A program made the position numbers and the translations under genes. Shown here piece after piece: positions 11,428 to 24,500 of a stretch of 64,000 nucleotides of DNA. Positions within the stretch are counted from its first letter, which is position 1; every line of letters starts with the position of its first letter. Below the pieces are notes generated by a model that searched no databases, was not told the DNA's origin, and saw nothing but the letters and a program-made list of their open reading frames with translations. Origin of the DNA: Lama glama. Taxonomy: Eukaryota. The stretch is from contig CM052818.1 of the NCBI GenBank assembly GCA_028534125.1, positions 34,970,001 through 35,034,000 on the forward strand, written 5' to 3'.

Positions 11428-12301
11428 CAGTCATTCCTCACTATCCATGGATTCAGTACAGTCTACCCTTGAACAATGCAGGCATTAAGGGCGTCAACCC
11501 TCTGTACAGTTGAAAATCCTTATGTAACTTGTAGGTGACTCTCCATATTAGCAGTTCCTCCGATCCATGATTCTGCACCCATGGATTCAACTACCCTTGA
11601 ATTGTGAAGCACTGTAGTGTTTACTATTGAAAGAAATCTGTGTATAAGTGAACTTGTGCAGTTCAGACCTGTGTTCAAGGGTCAACTGTATTTTTGAATT
11701 CACCTGCTTGCTAAAATATACCTCTAACCCCAAAATCAATACTCAGGGCACTTTTGCAGTCATTCGTGAACATTTGCTGAGTGGCAAAACATTTGTCACC
11801 TGTTGCTGAGTTCTCTGCTGAAGATGAACAAGGTGATGCTCTGCCTTCTTGTTTCAGCTCAGAGTGAAAATGTGTCTTTTTTATGGTCTATTTAGTGCCA
11901 TGATGTTTACATTTTTGTACTTTTTGTTGGTACTCTCACTATTTAAAATGGCTCCCAAGTGTAGTATTGAAGTGCTATCTAGTATTCTTAAATGCAAAGA
12001 AGCTGTGATGTGCCTTAGGGAGAAACCTGTGTTAGATAAACTTTGTTTAGGTATGAGTTACAGTGCTGTTGGCCATGAGTTCAATATTAGTAAGTCAAGA
12101 GTATGTGTTAAATAAGGTATCTTTAAACAGAAACACACATAAAAGCAAGGTTATGTATTGATCAGTTGATCAAAATATGACCAGTGGCTTGTGGGAACCT
12201 AACTCTGTATTTCACTCAGGAACAGTGGTTCAGTATTTGCTGGTTTAGTGTTCATGGTGGCTTTATAGAACATAGCTACTGTGAATAACGGGAGTGGACT
12301 G
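11428..12301 (+). mobile_element. MER6A-like TcMar-Tigger element
   Basis: TA-flanked, with CAGTC...GACTG termini. Internal MAPKCSIEVLSS...DKLCLGMSYSAVGHEFN is a CENP-B-type HTH transposase remnant. Confidence 0.75.
11459..11688. mobile_element. Tigger2-derived MITE nested in MER6A
   Basis: TA TSD (11457-58 and 11689-90). TIRs cagtctacccttgaaca / tgttcaagggtcaactg. Confidence 0.8.
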
Positions 12302-13489
12302 TATGTAGAACAGGTGTTATTTCTTTAAATGTTTAATAGAATTCACTAGTGGAACATTCTGGGTCTGGAGATTTCTTTTGTGGAAGCCTTTTAATTGTGA
12401 GGTCAATTTCTTGTGTAATTATAGAACTATTCAGATTATCTGTGTCTTCTTGGGTAACTTTTAGTAGTTTGTGGTTTTCCAGGAATTGATCCACTTCATT
12501 TAAGTTGTTGAATTTATGTCAGTAGAGTTGTTTGTAGTATTCCCTTATCATTTACTGAGTCTAGTGATCCGCAGAATCTCTTTTTATTGTTGATATTGGT
12601 AATTTGCCTTCCCTTTTTTCCTGTAAGAGGCTTATCAATTTTTTTGATCAATTGAAAGAACCAGCTTTTGGTTTCATTCATTTTTCTTTTTTTCTATTTT
12701 CAGTCTCACTGATATTTTTCTCTTATCTTTATTATTACTAGTGATCACTTTTTATTCTCCCCTCCCACCAGCCTCTGGTAACCACTGATCTACTTTCTGT
12801 ATCTATGGATTTGCCTGTTCTGGGCTGTTCATATAAATGGAATCATAGAACATACAGTGTTTTGTGTCTGCCTTCTTTCATGTAACATAATGTTTTCAAA
12901 GTTCATCCATATTGTGGCATGTATCCTTTTTATGGCTGAATAATATTCCATCATATGAATACACCACCTTTTATATACTGTTTATCAGTTGATGGTTATT
13001 TGTTTTTGTTTTTGTTTTTCATATTTTGGCTATTGTGATTAATGCTGCCATGAATATTTCATATACAACTCTTTATTATCAGCGTGTTTAGTTCTTTTGG
13101 GTGTATATCTAGAAGTGGAATTGCTAAGCCATATGTTAACTCTGTGTTTAACTTTTTGAGGAATTACCAAACTGTTTGTCATATCAGCTGAACAATTTTA
13201 CAGTACTGCCAGCAGTGTTTGAGGGTTCTAATTTCTCCTTGCCAACATATTTTTTTTTTAAATAATGATAACCATTCTAGGGGGTGTGAACTGATAGCTC
13301 ATTGTGGTTTTGATTTGTGTTTTCCTAATGAATAATGATATCGAGCATTTTTTCATGTGCTTAATGGCTGTTTGTATATCTTTTTTTGGAGAAATGTCTA
13401 TTCATGTCCTTCTTTAAATCCTGTTTTAAAATTGGGTTATCTGTCTTTTGTTGATTTCTTTTTTTTGTTGTTGATTTCTAAGAATTTCT

Positions 13490-13720
13490 TACTCTTCCTC
13501 TCTCCCTCTTTCCTTCCTTCCTTCCTTCCTTCCTTCCTTCCTTCCTTCCTTCCTTCCTTCCTTATTTTTGGAGGGGAGGTAATTAGGCTGGCTGGCTGGC
13601 TGGGTTATTAATTAATTAATTAATTGATTGATTAATTAATTAATGGAGATACTGGGGATTGAACCCAGAACCTTGTGCATGCTAAGCATGTGCTCTAGCA
13701 CTGAGCTATACCCTCTCCCC
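13490..13720 (-). mobile_element. tRNA-derived camelid-type SINE
   Basis: ggggattgaacccagaacc...ctgagctataccctctcccc, flanked by taagaatt direct repeats (~13479 and 13721). Confidence 0.88.
13511..13563. repeat. (CCTT)n microsatellite
   Basis: About 13 consecutive CCTT units read directly. Confidence 0.95.
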
Positions 13721-13859
13721 TAAGAATTCTGTATATACTACATGCAAGTCCCTTATCAGATGCATCATTTGCAGATATTTCCTCAATTCTGTGAGTTGTT
13801 CTTTGACTTTCTTGATGTCTTTTGGCACACAGAGTTTTAAATTTTGAGTAAGGGTTTAT

Positions 13860-16420
13860 TTTTATTCAATCATTAGATAATTTCTGTTTCTCTATTTTCA
13901 TGTTTACTCACTCTTCTGTTACTGATTCATCCAGTGAGGTTTTTTTGTTTGTTTGTTTTGGTAATTTTTTCAGTTCTAAAATTTCTTTTTTTTTTTTTTT
14001 TCTTTATATCTTCTATGTCTTTGCTGAGACTTTGTATCTTTACCTTCATTTCAAGAGGCCTTACCCTTACTCGGAGTATCATTTTTATAATTGCTACTTT
14101 AAAGTCTTTGTGAAACATTCCCAGTATCAGTGTTACCTTGTTTGTGTCTTTATTTTCTTTTCCTAAGAAAGTTGAGATTTTCGTAGGTCTGTGAATACCA
14201 AAGTAAATTTAGATTATATTCTGGTCATTTTGAATATTGTGTAATTGACACTCAGCATCTTGTTTAAGTTCTATGGAGAATGTTAACAGTTTTATTTAAG
14301 CAAGCTGTTGATTGAATTGGGTTGACACCTCAGGTTCTGACCAGCCTTCTGTGGGTTGTTGTTTCAATGTTAGTTAAGTTTTCAAAACCTTTTTATTGCT
14401 ATTTGGATTTGTCTCTGTGTGTACTGTTAGTGGACTGTCTGGGATTTGAGTGGTGGTCTTGCCCATGGGTGGTGAAACCATGGCCCACTGCCTGTTTTTA
14501 TCAATAAAATTTTGCTGGAACACAGCCATGCCTATTTATTTGTTTGTTTGTTTGTTTGTTTGTTTATTTATTTATTTAGTGGTTGCTTTCATACCAAAAT
14601 GGCCATGTTTAAGCAGATGCAGTTAGAGACTGCTGAACCTACAAAACCTAAAATTTCCTATTTGATTTTTTATAGAAAAAGTTTACTGATCCCTATTTAT
14701 CCCATAGTCAATTCTCAAAGTCCTTCTGTACTATTTAGGGTTCAGTCCATGTGTGTGGAGCCCAAGTGTTAGCCAAGGTGTTCATAAGCAATTTTGAGGG
14801 ATGACTTTGCTGAGTTCTTTTGTCTACAGACTTCTCAGTATTTATGATTCCCTGTGGGCTCCCGTTTTTTATTTATTTGTCCAGAAGTTTGGGGCTTTAT
14901 GTATCCCATTCTTCTGTGTACTTCCTACAACTATGCCTCCCTTGGGCCAAGCAGCAGGAGATGTAAGAGGGAAAAAGAGCAATGGGATTTTGTCTTGTTC
15001 TCTTAGGACCACAGCTCCTCTAACTGGAGGGGAAGATTTCTTTCCTTCATAGTTTTGGGCACCTGCTTTCTTCGTTGCTATTGTTTCCACAGGATTACTT
15101 GGAGTTTGAGGTGTGCGAGAACAGGGAAAATTAAAAATAAAAGGAAGAAAGAAAATGGGGAAGTTTCTGCTCTGTCTTTAAGCATTAGGAGACTCCTGTC
15201 CTGATGGAAACTCTATCCACAATGATGCCCATTTTTAGGTTTTGGATTGTGTTGAGTTCAGATTGAGAGATGCTGGAGAGGAAAAATTGCTAAAGTTACT
15301 GCCAGTTTGGAAGTGCTTTGCATGCAGGTCTCCCTCAGTCTGCCTGCCTCCATTTATAGTGTCTTTGTCTGGTTTTGATGTTAGGGTATTGCTGGTCTCA
15401 GAATGAGTTAGGAAGTATTCTCTCTGGTTCTGTCTTCTGGAAAAAATTGTAGAGAATTGGTGTAATTTCTGCCTTACAAATATTTAGTAGAATGCACCAG
15501 TCACTCTTTCAGCCTGGTGCTTTCTGTTTTGGAAAGTTACTAATCATTAATTAAGTTTTTTATATTGTCTATTTCTTCATGTTGAGTTTTGACAGATTAT
15601 GTCCTTCAAGGAATTGGTCCATTTTATCTAGGTTGTCAAATTTGTGGACATAGAATTATTCATAATATTCCTTTATTATCCTTCTCATGTACATGGGGTC
15701 TGTAGTGATGTCCTCTCTTTCACTTCTGTTATTAGTAATTTGTCTCTTTTTTTCTTTTCTTTCTTTCTATTTTTTTAAGTGTTAGGCTTATTGATTGATT
15801 ATATTGATCTTTTCAAAGAACCAGCTTTTGGTTTTGTTGATTTTTCTCTGTGATTTGCTGTTTTCAACATGACTGATTTCTGCTCTCTTTATTATTTCTT
15901 TCTTCTGCTTAGTTTGGATTTAATTTGCTCTTCTTTTTCTAGTTTCCTAAGAGGGAGCTTAAATTATTGCTTTTAGATCTTTTTCTTTTCTCATATAGGC
16001 ATTCAGTGCTGTAAATCTCTTTCTATGCACTGCTTTTCCTGCATCTTACAAATTTGGTAAGTTATATTTTCATTTTCATTTAGTTCATGATATTTTAAAA
16101 TTTCTCTTGAGATTTCTTTACTCAGAAGTGTGTTGTTTAATCTCCATGTATTTGGGGATTTTTCCAGATATCTTCCTGTTATTCATTGCTAGTTTAATTC
16201 CATTGTGGCCTAGGAGCAGACAAAGCCTCATTTCTAGTCTTTTAAATTTATTAAGGTGTGTTTTATGACCAAGAATGTCCTCTATCTTGATGAATGCTAT
16301 ATGTGAGCTTGAGATGAAACCATTTACTTTGCAAAATCCTCAGCTGCTTCATTCAGGTTTTATAGCTACGTTCTGTGGGAGTGCCAGGGTGGAATATGCT
16401 TACCCATCTTACCTGGAATT
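13860..16420 (-). mobile_element. old L1M 5'/ORF1 and ORF2 fragments
   Basis: Minus ORF 13927-14118 (KDFKVAIIKM...LSKDIEDIKK) is L1 ORF1-like. 15360-16320 reads as antisense L1 ORF2. Boundaries approximate. Confidence 0.65.
14465..14693 (+). mobile_element. MER58A-like hAT-Charlie MITE
   Basis: aataaaattttgctggaacacagccatgcctatt...aaacctaaaat...agaaaaagtttactgatccct. Confidence 0.65.
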
Positions 16421-17129
16421 GAAATCCATTGTATGTTTTACAGTATTTCCTTTGGAAAGATTAGAAATATAGTTACTTGTAATTTGTTGTTTGATATATG
16501 GCTTTACTTAAGGACTGTACCAATTTATAACGCCACCAGCAATGTATCAGATCACTAGTTTTGCCACATAGTGGATACATTCTAAGGGCGACATTTTTGT
16601 TTCAAAGTTCTGAGAGATAGCTAGTAAGTTCATCTCTAATGAAATAATATTGCCTTACATGGCTAGAAAAGTTTAATTAAACACATATATCAATCTGAAG
16701 TTTTCCCTTTAAAATTCGGGTTTCTACGTGTGTTCACTTTATTTGTTACCGCACTGCCCCTTAACCAGCTCCACTCTTAACATTAGAGTTTTTTTGTTTT
16801 TGTTTTATTTTCCTTTGGAAAGTAGACAAAAGACAACATGGAGATGAAGAATACATGTGGCTACTATGAAGTGAGGCAAGGCACCAAGTTAATGTACTCT
16901 GGGAAGGGATAGAGGTAACATTTTCTTCTGAAACCTTTTCTGGCTTTCTCCATATAGAGACCAAGGGACACAATATCATTATGAAATATTGTCAATTAAA
17001 AAAAATCAAGTCCTTAGATTTCTAAGCTAATGGAAGGAGCAATTCTTTGGTGAATGGCTTAGGTTGGCTTAGGATAGGATCAATTTGCAAACACCAAATC
17101 TCAATGGTTATCATTGGAGATGCAATATA

Positions 17130-17780
17130 TGGAATATTTAACTTGATTAAATACTTCTCGAAGACTTACCATACGCCGGGCACTAGTCTAGGATCTGTGG
17201 ATGTAGCAGTGAGCAAATCAGGAGGGAAAAAATATCCTTGTCTGCATGGACCCTAATATGTGGATGGGGACTGAAGACAGAGAATATGGTAAATAAAAAA
17301 ACTATATATTATGTTAGTTGTAAGTTCTGTGGTGAAGAATTACGCGGGATAGCTGGGGAATGCTGGGTAAGTCTGGAGCAGTTTGCAGTTTAATCAGGTA
17401 TTCAGGCAAGGCCTCACTGAGAGGCTGACTTTCTTTCTTTTTTTTTTTTTTGGTGGGGGTAGGTAATTAGGTTTACTTATTTATTCTTAGAGGAGGTACT
17501 GGGGATTGAACCCAGGACCTCAAGCATGCTAAGCATGCACTCTACCACTTGAGCTATACCTTCCACTCTGGAAGCTGACTTTTGACCAGACATTTGAAGG
17601 AGGTGAAGGAGCAAGGTTTGCAGATACTCAGGTAAAGAGCATTCTACACAGAGGGAGCAATCAGTGCAGACTTAGAGGCAGGAATGTGCCTTTCTTGGTC
17701 TGGGAACTGTGAGGAGGCCAATGTAGCTGAAGTAAAGTGAATGAGGAAGAGAGTTGTAAGGAATGAAGTCAGGGAGGCAG
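17130..17780 (-). mobile_element. L2 fragment
   Basis: cttaccatacgccgggcactagtctagg...ggcctcactgag...ggaactgtgaggaggccaatgtagctgaag are antisense L2 motifs; SINE inserted. Confidence 0.6.
17433..17570 (-). mobile_element. tRNA-derived camelid-type SINE
   Basis: Full A/B boxes on the minus strand. TSD ga(g/a)gctgacttt at 17421-17432 and 17571-17582. Confidence 0.9.
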
Positions 17781-18239
17781 CATGTTCATTACTAGGTCTA
17801 AACTTTGTGTCCTGGAATTCTTGGTAGATTTTCCTGTTCCAGTTTACTTTCTAGCTCCTCTCATACTGAATGTTCTGCCTAGATAACTCAGGGTCTTCTG
17901 GAATGATTCTGGATTGGCATTGGCCTGTGGAAGATAGTTTCCGAGGAGTATCATCCTTTTTCTCTGTGGCAGGGAATGGCCAAGGTTTCAACAAAACTAT
18001 TATAAAGTCCTTCAGAGGCTTTGGAAAAATTGTGACATTTTTGTTTTGAGCTTTAACGCAGCCATTATTCAGAGTTTATCAGTTTCCTGGTTTGTTCAGT
18101 GTTCTTTATGCTTTATTTCCACAGGAATGTACTTCTGTTTGTATTATGGCAACGAGGATCTGTATGTCAGTTGGATCAAGTATTGTTGAACTTGTGTTTG
18201 ACCTCCCTCACAGGATAGCAGTTTTACTGTTAAAGTGTT

Positions 18240-20110
18240 AAACATCTATCACGTATGTAGCAGAAGTAATGCTAGCTAACTCATACCAAAACGTGATAAA
18301 TAGGACAAAAAAAGGAAAACAGGCTAATTTTACTAAGCATATGTGTGTGTAAATTATAAATATAGCAGTATAATAAAACAACATGCCATGATTAGTCAGA
18401 GTTTATTCCAGGAATGCAAAGCTCTTTTGTTACTAGGAAATTATTAACTCATCAGATTATCTGATCAGAAATGAAAGACTATATGTAGAGATGAATACTT
18501 GTCCCAACTACCTGGGCAAGCATCTTATTTTCTAGACTGCCTTGTATCTAGGTGGCACCAAGTGACTAATTTTCCAATAGTAATGTGTGTCACTTCTGGG
18601 TCAACGTATTTAAGAACAGTGTGCCCGATGGAGAGGAATCAGCTGCATTGAACTGTTAATAATCTGTTCATTGCTGAATAACTGTTAATAACTGAAGAGT
18701 AACTTATATTGTGTTAAGCTAATGAAATTTTGGGATTTGATTGTAGCACCTAGTGTTACCTTACAGGTATGAGGTATATGGTTGTCTCACATGTCAAAAA
18801 AGCAGTTACTAAAATTCAGTATCTGCTTAAAACCTTTTAATTAAAAGAAAGTATTAAACTTATACATACCCAGGCAGATAAACTTAAGTAGAATTTATTT
18901 CTATGTATGGATGAGTTAGATATAGTTGACTCTTACGTTTAGTTTACTTAAATTTATTTTCCTCCTAAAATAGCAGTCTTGGGAATAGTGGAAATAAAAC
19001 TCACCATATTGCGTTGTTTTTTTTTTTAAATAATAAGATACAAAAAATTCCATTACTTGACTGTCTTTTTGAGTTTGGGCAGAAGGATACTTTTATGACA
19101 TAAACAGTATTTCAGTTTAAAAGCCAACATCACAATGATGATGAAACACTAGAGACATATATATGGAAAAATGAGAAATACAACAAGAAAACTTGCTATG
19201 ACTACTTTTTTTTTTATTTTGGGGGGATAATAACATTTATTTTATTTATTTAAATGGAGGTACTGGGGATTGAACCCAGGACCTCATGCATGCTAGGCAC
19301 ACACTCTACCACTGAGCTATACCCTCCACCTATGACTACTTTTATTTAGCATTGCTTTAGAAGTCATAGCCAGTGTAGTTAGGTATGAGAAATAAATGAG
19401 GCATAAACATTAAAGGAAGGAAAAAAGTTTCACTGTTTGCAGGTATTGTGATTGCTTATTTAGAAATCCCAAAAGAATCAACTAAAAACCTGTTAGAGAT
19501 TTAAGTAAGAGTTCAGAAAGATGATTGTTAAAGTAAGTGTATATTAATAGAGTTCCTATGTATCAATAATTAACAAAATATTATGACAAATATAAAATAT
19601 TTGGGAATAAGTTGGATAAGACATGTACAGGATCTAAGTCTAGAAAACTATAAAACCCTGGGAAAAGACAGGAAATACTTGAAAAATTGCAGAGAGCCAG
19701 TTTGCATCCGGATGGGAAGATTCAGTATGATAAAGATTTCAGTTCTTGTCAAATAAACTCATAAATTTAAATCAATTCCACTTTGGCAAAACAAATCAAA
19801 AGTTCATCTGGGTTAGACTAATAATAGTTTTTTAAAAGAAGTGTAGTGAGACATAAATTATATTACTAGGTATTAACATGTCTTGCAAAGATCCCATGAT
19901 GTGGATTTAGACAAGACTGGTAAATAGTATAGATGTGAAAGCCCAGAGACAGTCAAATACATGTAAGAATTTCAATAAACAGGCAATGTTGAAACCTAAT
20001 CATCTTGAGAAAAAAAATTATATGCCTGCTTCATACAATATACCAAAACATTACAGAAGAGATGACTTTTTTTTTTATTAAAAAAATGAAGCCATAGAAC
20101 TAGATGTGAG
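18240..20110 (+). mobile_element. old sense-orientation L1M ORF2 relic (with MLT-like insert ~18490-18770)
   Basis: ttattccaggaatgcaa, aaagccaacatca, ttcactgtttgcagg..gattgcttatttagaaatcccaaaagaatc and ggatgggaagattcagtat are degenerate L1 ORF2 motifs. Confidence 0.6.
19210..19329 (-). mobile_element. tRNA-derived camelid-type SINE
   Basis: Perfect 14-bp TSD ctatgactactttt at 19196-19209 and 19330-19343; A and B boxes present. Confidence 0.92.
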
Positions 20111-20589
20111 TAACGTGAATATTTACTTTGTGGTGGTGTGGATAGTAGGTATAGGGTTGTATAAGTGTATACAGGCACAAGTAATAGATGCTTGTGGCAA
20201 AAAAGCCCAGTACTTAAGGATAAAAAGACTTTTACATCTCCAGCTCTCTTTCCAGTAGAAAACACTGATAATGGTTTCTAAGATAAATTGTTAGACACTT
20301 TTTTTTTTTGCATGTATATAATACCACCCTTCCCCTTAGTGGCTAAGGAGTTTAACTATATATATAATTCTGCAACTTGCATTTTTCACTTAATAATGTG
20401 TGACTGTCTTTGCGTATCTGCACACAGAGGCTACATTGTTCTTTTTCATCACAATATTTTAATATGAAAAATTTAAAATACACAGCAAAGTTGAATGAGT
20501 TTTACAGAGAATACCCACCATATACCCACCACCTAGATTCTACCACTCACATTTATTATTGGTCCATTTATCCACATTGCTCTTTAAAG

Positions 20590-21590
20590 TAAAATTGTGG
20601 TAAAATGCACATAACATAAAATTTACCGTTTTGATCATTTTAAGTGTACAGTGTTAAGTATATGCACATTGTTGTACATCTAATCTCTAGAACTTTTTCA
20701 TCTTGCAAAACTGAAACTCTATTCATTAAGCAACTCCCCATTCCTCCCTCCCTCCACAGTGCCTGACAACCACCATTCTACTTTCAATTCTTTTGAGTTT
20801 GACTGCTCTGGATACCTCATATAAGTGAAATCATGCAATGTTTGTCTTTTCATGACTGGCTCATTTCATTCAGCATAATGTCCTCGAGGTTCATCCATGT
20901 TGCAGCATGTGCCAGAATTTCCATTTTTAAGGCTGAATAATTTCAGTGTGTGTGTTTATACCACATTTTAAAATCCATTCCTCTGTCAATGGTTAGTTGG
21001 TTTGCTTCTGCCATTGGGCTATTTGATAATGCTGCTTGTGAACATGAGTGTACACATTTCTCTTTGAGATCCTGCTTTTGATTCTTTTGCATATATATAT
21101 TCAGAAGTGATACTGCTGGATCATATAATAAATCAGTTTTTAGTTTTTTGAGACAAACCACTGTACTATTTTCCGTAGCAGCTGTACCATTTTACGTTCC
21201 CATCAACAGTACACAAAGGTTCCAATTTCTCCACGTCCTTGCCAACAGTTATTATTTTCTGTTTTGGTTTTTTTTTTTTCATAGTAGCCACCTTTTGGGT
21301 GTGATGTCTCATTGTGGTTTTGATTTGCTTTCCCTAGTGATTAATGATTGTAGTATATCTTCTTTGGAGAAGTGTCTTGTTCAAGTCCTTTGCCCAGTTT
21401 TAAATTGCTTTTTTCTATTGAGTTGTGAGAGTTCTTTGTAAATTGGATATTAATCCCTTACTGTTTTACAGACATTTTCTTATTCTGTAGGTTGCCTTTC
21501 ATTGTGTTGGTTGTGTCCTTGGATGCAGGAAAGTTTTGGTGTACTTCAACTTGCCTATCTTTATTTCCGTTGTCTGTGCTTTTGGTGTCC
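20590..21590 (-). mobile_element. L1MA/MB-like 3' end
   Basis: ttgtggtaaaatgcacataacataaaatttacc...ctctagaactttttcatcttgcaaaactgaaactcta; minus ORF 20943-21161 resembles the L1 ORF2 C-terminus (LKKLKTDLLYDPAVSLL). Confidence 0.78.
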
Positions 21591-24500
21591 ACATTGTTCT
21601 TTTTGATGGTGGCATATTCTATTATTATTTGGTTATTCGGCAATGTATTTTATTAATTACTTACTGGAATTTAGGTAGTTTCTAGTTTCATGATGTTATA
21701 AACATGGTTTTATAGTAAATATTGCTGTACATATTTAATTGTGTACTTCTAAGAATAAAGTCATCGAATTAATTTTTATATTGGAATTACTGGGTTGGAG
21801 GGTATCCATCAAAGCCTGGAGAGTGCCAAATTGTAGTTCAAAAGAGTTACATTTTACAGCAGTGGATGATAGTATTTCCTCCCTATAACCTGTCAAACCC
21901 TGGACTTTGAATCTTTTTCATCTCTGCTAATTTAGTAGGTGAAAAAAATCTGGTTTTGATTTCTATTTCTATATTTAGGCCTATATGGCTGTGGTTGAAC
22001 ATCTTTTTAGATATTTACTTAACACTTATATTTGTTTCTCTGAACCATCTATTTATATCTTTTGCCAGTTCTTTTTTTTTTTTTTAATCATTGGTGTTTT
22101 TCTCATTGATTTATAACACCTTTCTCTGTATGTGATATGTTCTCCAATTTTTTCAACTAGTTTTTCTTTAGACTTTACGGGTTTGTGCGTGTTTTTGTGT
22201 GTGACTGTGCATACATGCAGTACCAAGTTTTTCATTTTATGTAACATAGTCTCTTTTAGTTGTTACTCTGGGTTTGAGTCATTCTTTGGAAAGCATATTT
22301 AGCAAAAGCAGAACCCATAAGGACAATATTTGACCACATAAAAATGAAAAAAACTTTTCTGGATCATGATAGAAAATGTGGGAGGGTAAAAAGAAAAATC
22401 ACCCACAGTCCTACCACCCAAAGGCACCTACCGTTGATATTTCAGCTTAATTTTTTCCCCCAGTTTTCCCTCCCCTACTTAACCTTGTTTTAGTTTGTGG
22501 AGAGTCTTTAGTTTGTAGCATGGTCACTGAGTGACCCTGGGGAGATAACACTCCACTTACTGATTGGGGAGGAATGGATGCCTCTTCTTGCTTGAGCTCT
22601 AGTGAGATTCACTAGACCTCCTGTCAGCTAGTAAGGAGTTAGGAAGGAAGAAGCTAGAGCAAGGAGTATTGGTATTAGAAAGTCATCATGGTGAGATTCA
22701 GAAATCTCATCATATAAAAGTGACCGCAAGTTGCATTTTCTTTCCCTTCTATTGGGCAACTTTCCCTCACCATTTATTAAAGTTCTCTTTTTCATAGTGC
22801 CTACAGGTCTTTTTTTTTTTTTTTTCCTTTACAGTTTGCAAGGCAGAAAAGGATATCTTAATCCTTTGAACCGGCGCTTTAAATAGAAATCATTGTACCT
22901 CTTGGGGGCTATTATGGTGGTGGCAGTGTTAATCGCCGTAAGAAAGAACGCTGAGTTTTCTCCTTTAAAAAGGTGAAATTTAGGAAATCTAAATTGGGAT
23001 TACTGGGTTATCTATCCTTTTCAGGAGGCTTCCTTCTAGTTCTCTTTTAATGAGAACCTTAACTATTTTGTTTCAGAATAAGTGCATTTCATTAATGTAG
23101 AGACAAGAGTAAGGCGAAAATAACTAAGAATGATAAAAAAAAAGGATATGTATATAATTAATTAATTGCTGAAATTATCTATTTTAAGTACCTAAGGTAA
23201 TTGAGAAGGAAGGGTATCATTGACATTCTAGCAGACTTCATGGATGAGATGAGATTTTGTCTGGGCTTGGTTCTTTTGAGCAGGGATGTAGAAGTTCAGA
23301 TTCTCTTTGACATTTGAGAAACTCTACAGTCCTAAGACAGTTGCCTTGTTTTGGCAGCTTCAGGGCATTGCTCTGGCTGGTTTCTGGGACTATTTTGTCA
23401 TATGGTTCAGTCGTTTTTTACAAAGCTTAAATGAAAAAATCATGAAGTGTTTTTGTTTTTGTTTTTGTTTTTGTTTTGCTATAGTATGATTAAAAACCTT
23501 GTGAGTAGTAGGCTAATCATTGCCAGTGTTCACCATAATTCGCTTTACTATTATGAACTCATGTGAATAGATTCAAAATATAGATTTGTCATTTACTTCA
23601 AGAGTTTCTAATCTTGATCTAGGAGTGGGTTTTATCTCAGGACTGCTTTGAAAATGATAGAAAATCTATCTCAAAGTAGTAGAGGAAGAAAAGGGAATTT
23701 ATTGGTTTATTGCTGAAAAATATGGAAGAAGAGCTTCATGTATGGTTGGATTCAGTCTTAAAATAATTGTGTTATCAGGATTTTATTTTTCTCTCTGTTT
23801 GTTTGTCTCTGGGGTGTTAGAAAGCTGTTAGCTTCAGTCTCACATCATTCAAGTTTAAGCCTAGTATAAGTCTAGCTGGGGCAAAAAAATGTCTTTTACT
23901 TGTTATTCTGCCCCTTTAGCCTTAGCTTGAGTGTTCTGCCCACTTCTGAACTACTTACTGTGGCAAGGTTTCGTGCTTTGTTGCATATGGATTGAGGAGG
24001 AGGTGGGGTGAATCTCCAAAAGAAAATCAGGGCCTTTTAACCAGAATGTTGAGTGGTAGGTGTAAATTGCCAAAAACACAAATCTACCTTACACATTATG
24101 GGGTCTTTGGGCTCCCAGAAACTAACCATAAAAAAATTGTATTTTTTTCTGAACAGGGTCTTTGTAGCTCTTATCAGACTCTCAAAGGGGTCTGCACCCA
24201 TATAAAAGGTTAAGTATTTTATGGATCTGGGGAGAAAAGAGCATTTCAGCTGAGAATAGGCACTTTACCAAAGGCATACATGAGAATCATTTTTGAGAGA
24301 CAGTAGAATTTAAACCAGTGACGATAATATGTTGAGGATAAGTAGAGTATAAATTTGGATGTTGTAGATGACTTATTAAGTGATGAAACTATAGAAGATG
24401 CTCAGGTATTTGTTGAAATTGACCAAATATGATTAAAAAATCAAGTAATTTAAGAGAATAAGAGAAATGAATCTACAAATAATAAATTGCTTCCTTCTTT

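Larger units (their letters stand above)
10900..12740 (-). mobile_element. old L1M ORF2 fragment, interrupted by DNA transposons
   Basis: Minus ORF 11219-11434 contains FYEVSITLIPKP...IHHNQVRFFPGMKG (L1 ORF2 RT-proximal motif). L1 sequence resumes after 12303. Confidence 0.8.
12745..13850 (-). mobile_element. L1MB-like 3' region
   Basis: cagcctctggtaaccactgatctactttctgtatctatggatttgcct...aaatggaatcata is an L1M 3' UTR signature; interrupted by a SINE. Confidence 0.7.

Noticed and set aside
11849..12115. CENP-B-HTH-like ORF as a domesticated transposase
   Set aside because: Short, truncated remnant inside a non-autonomous MER6A-like element.
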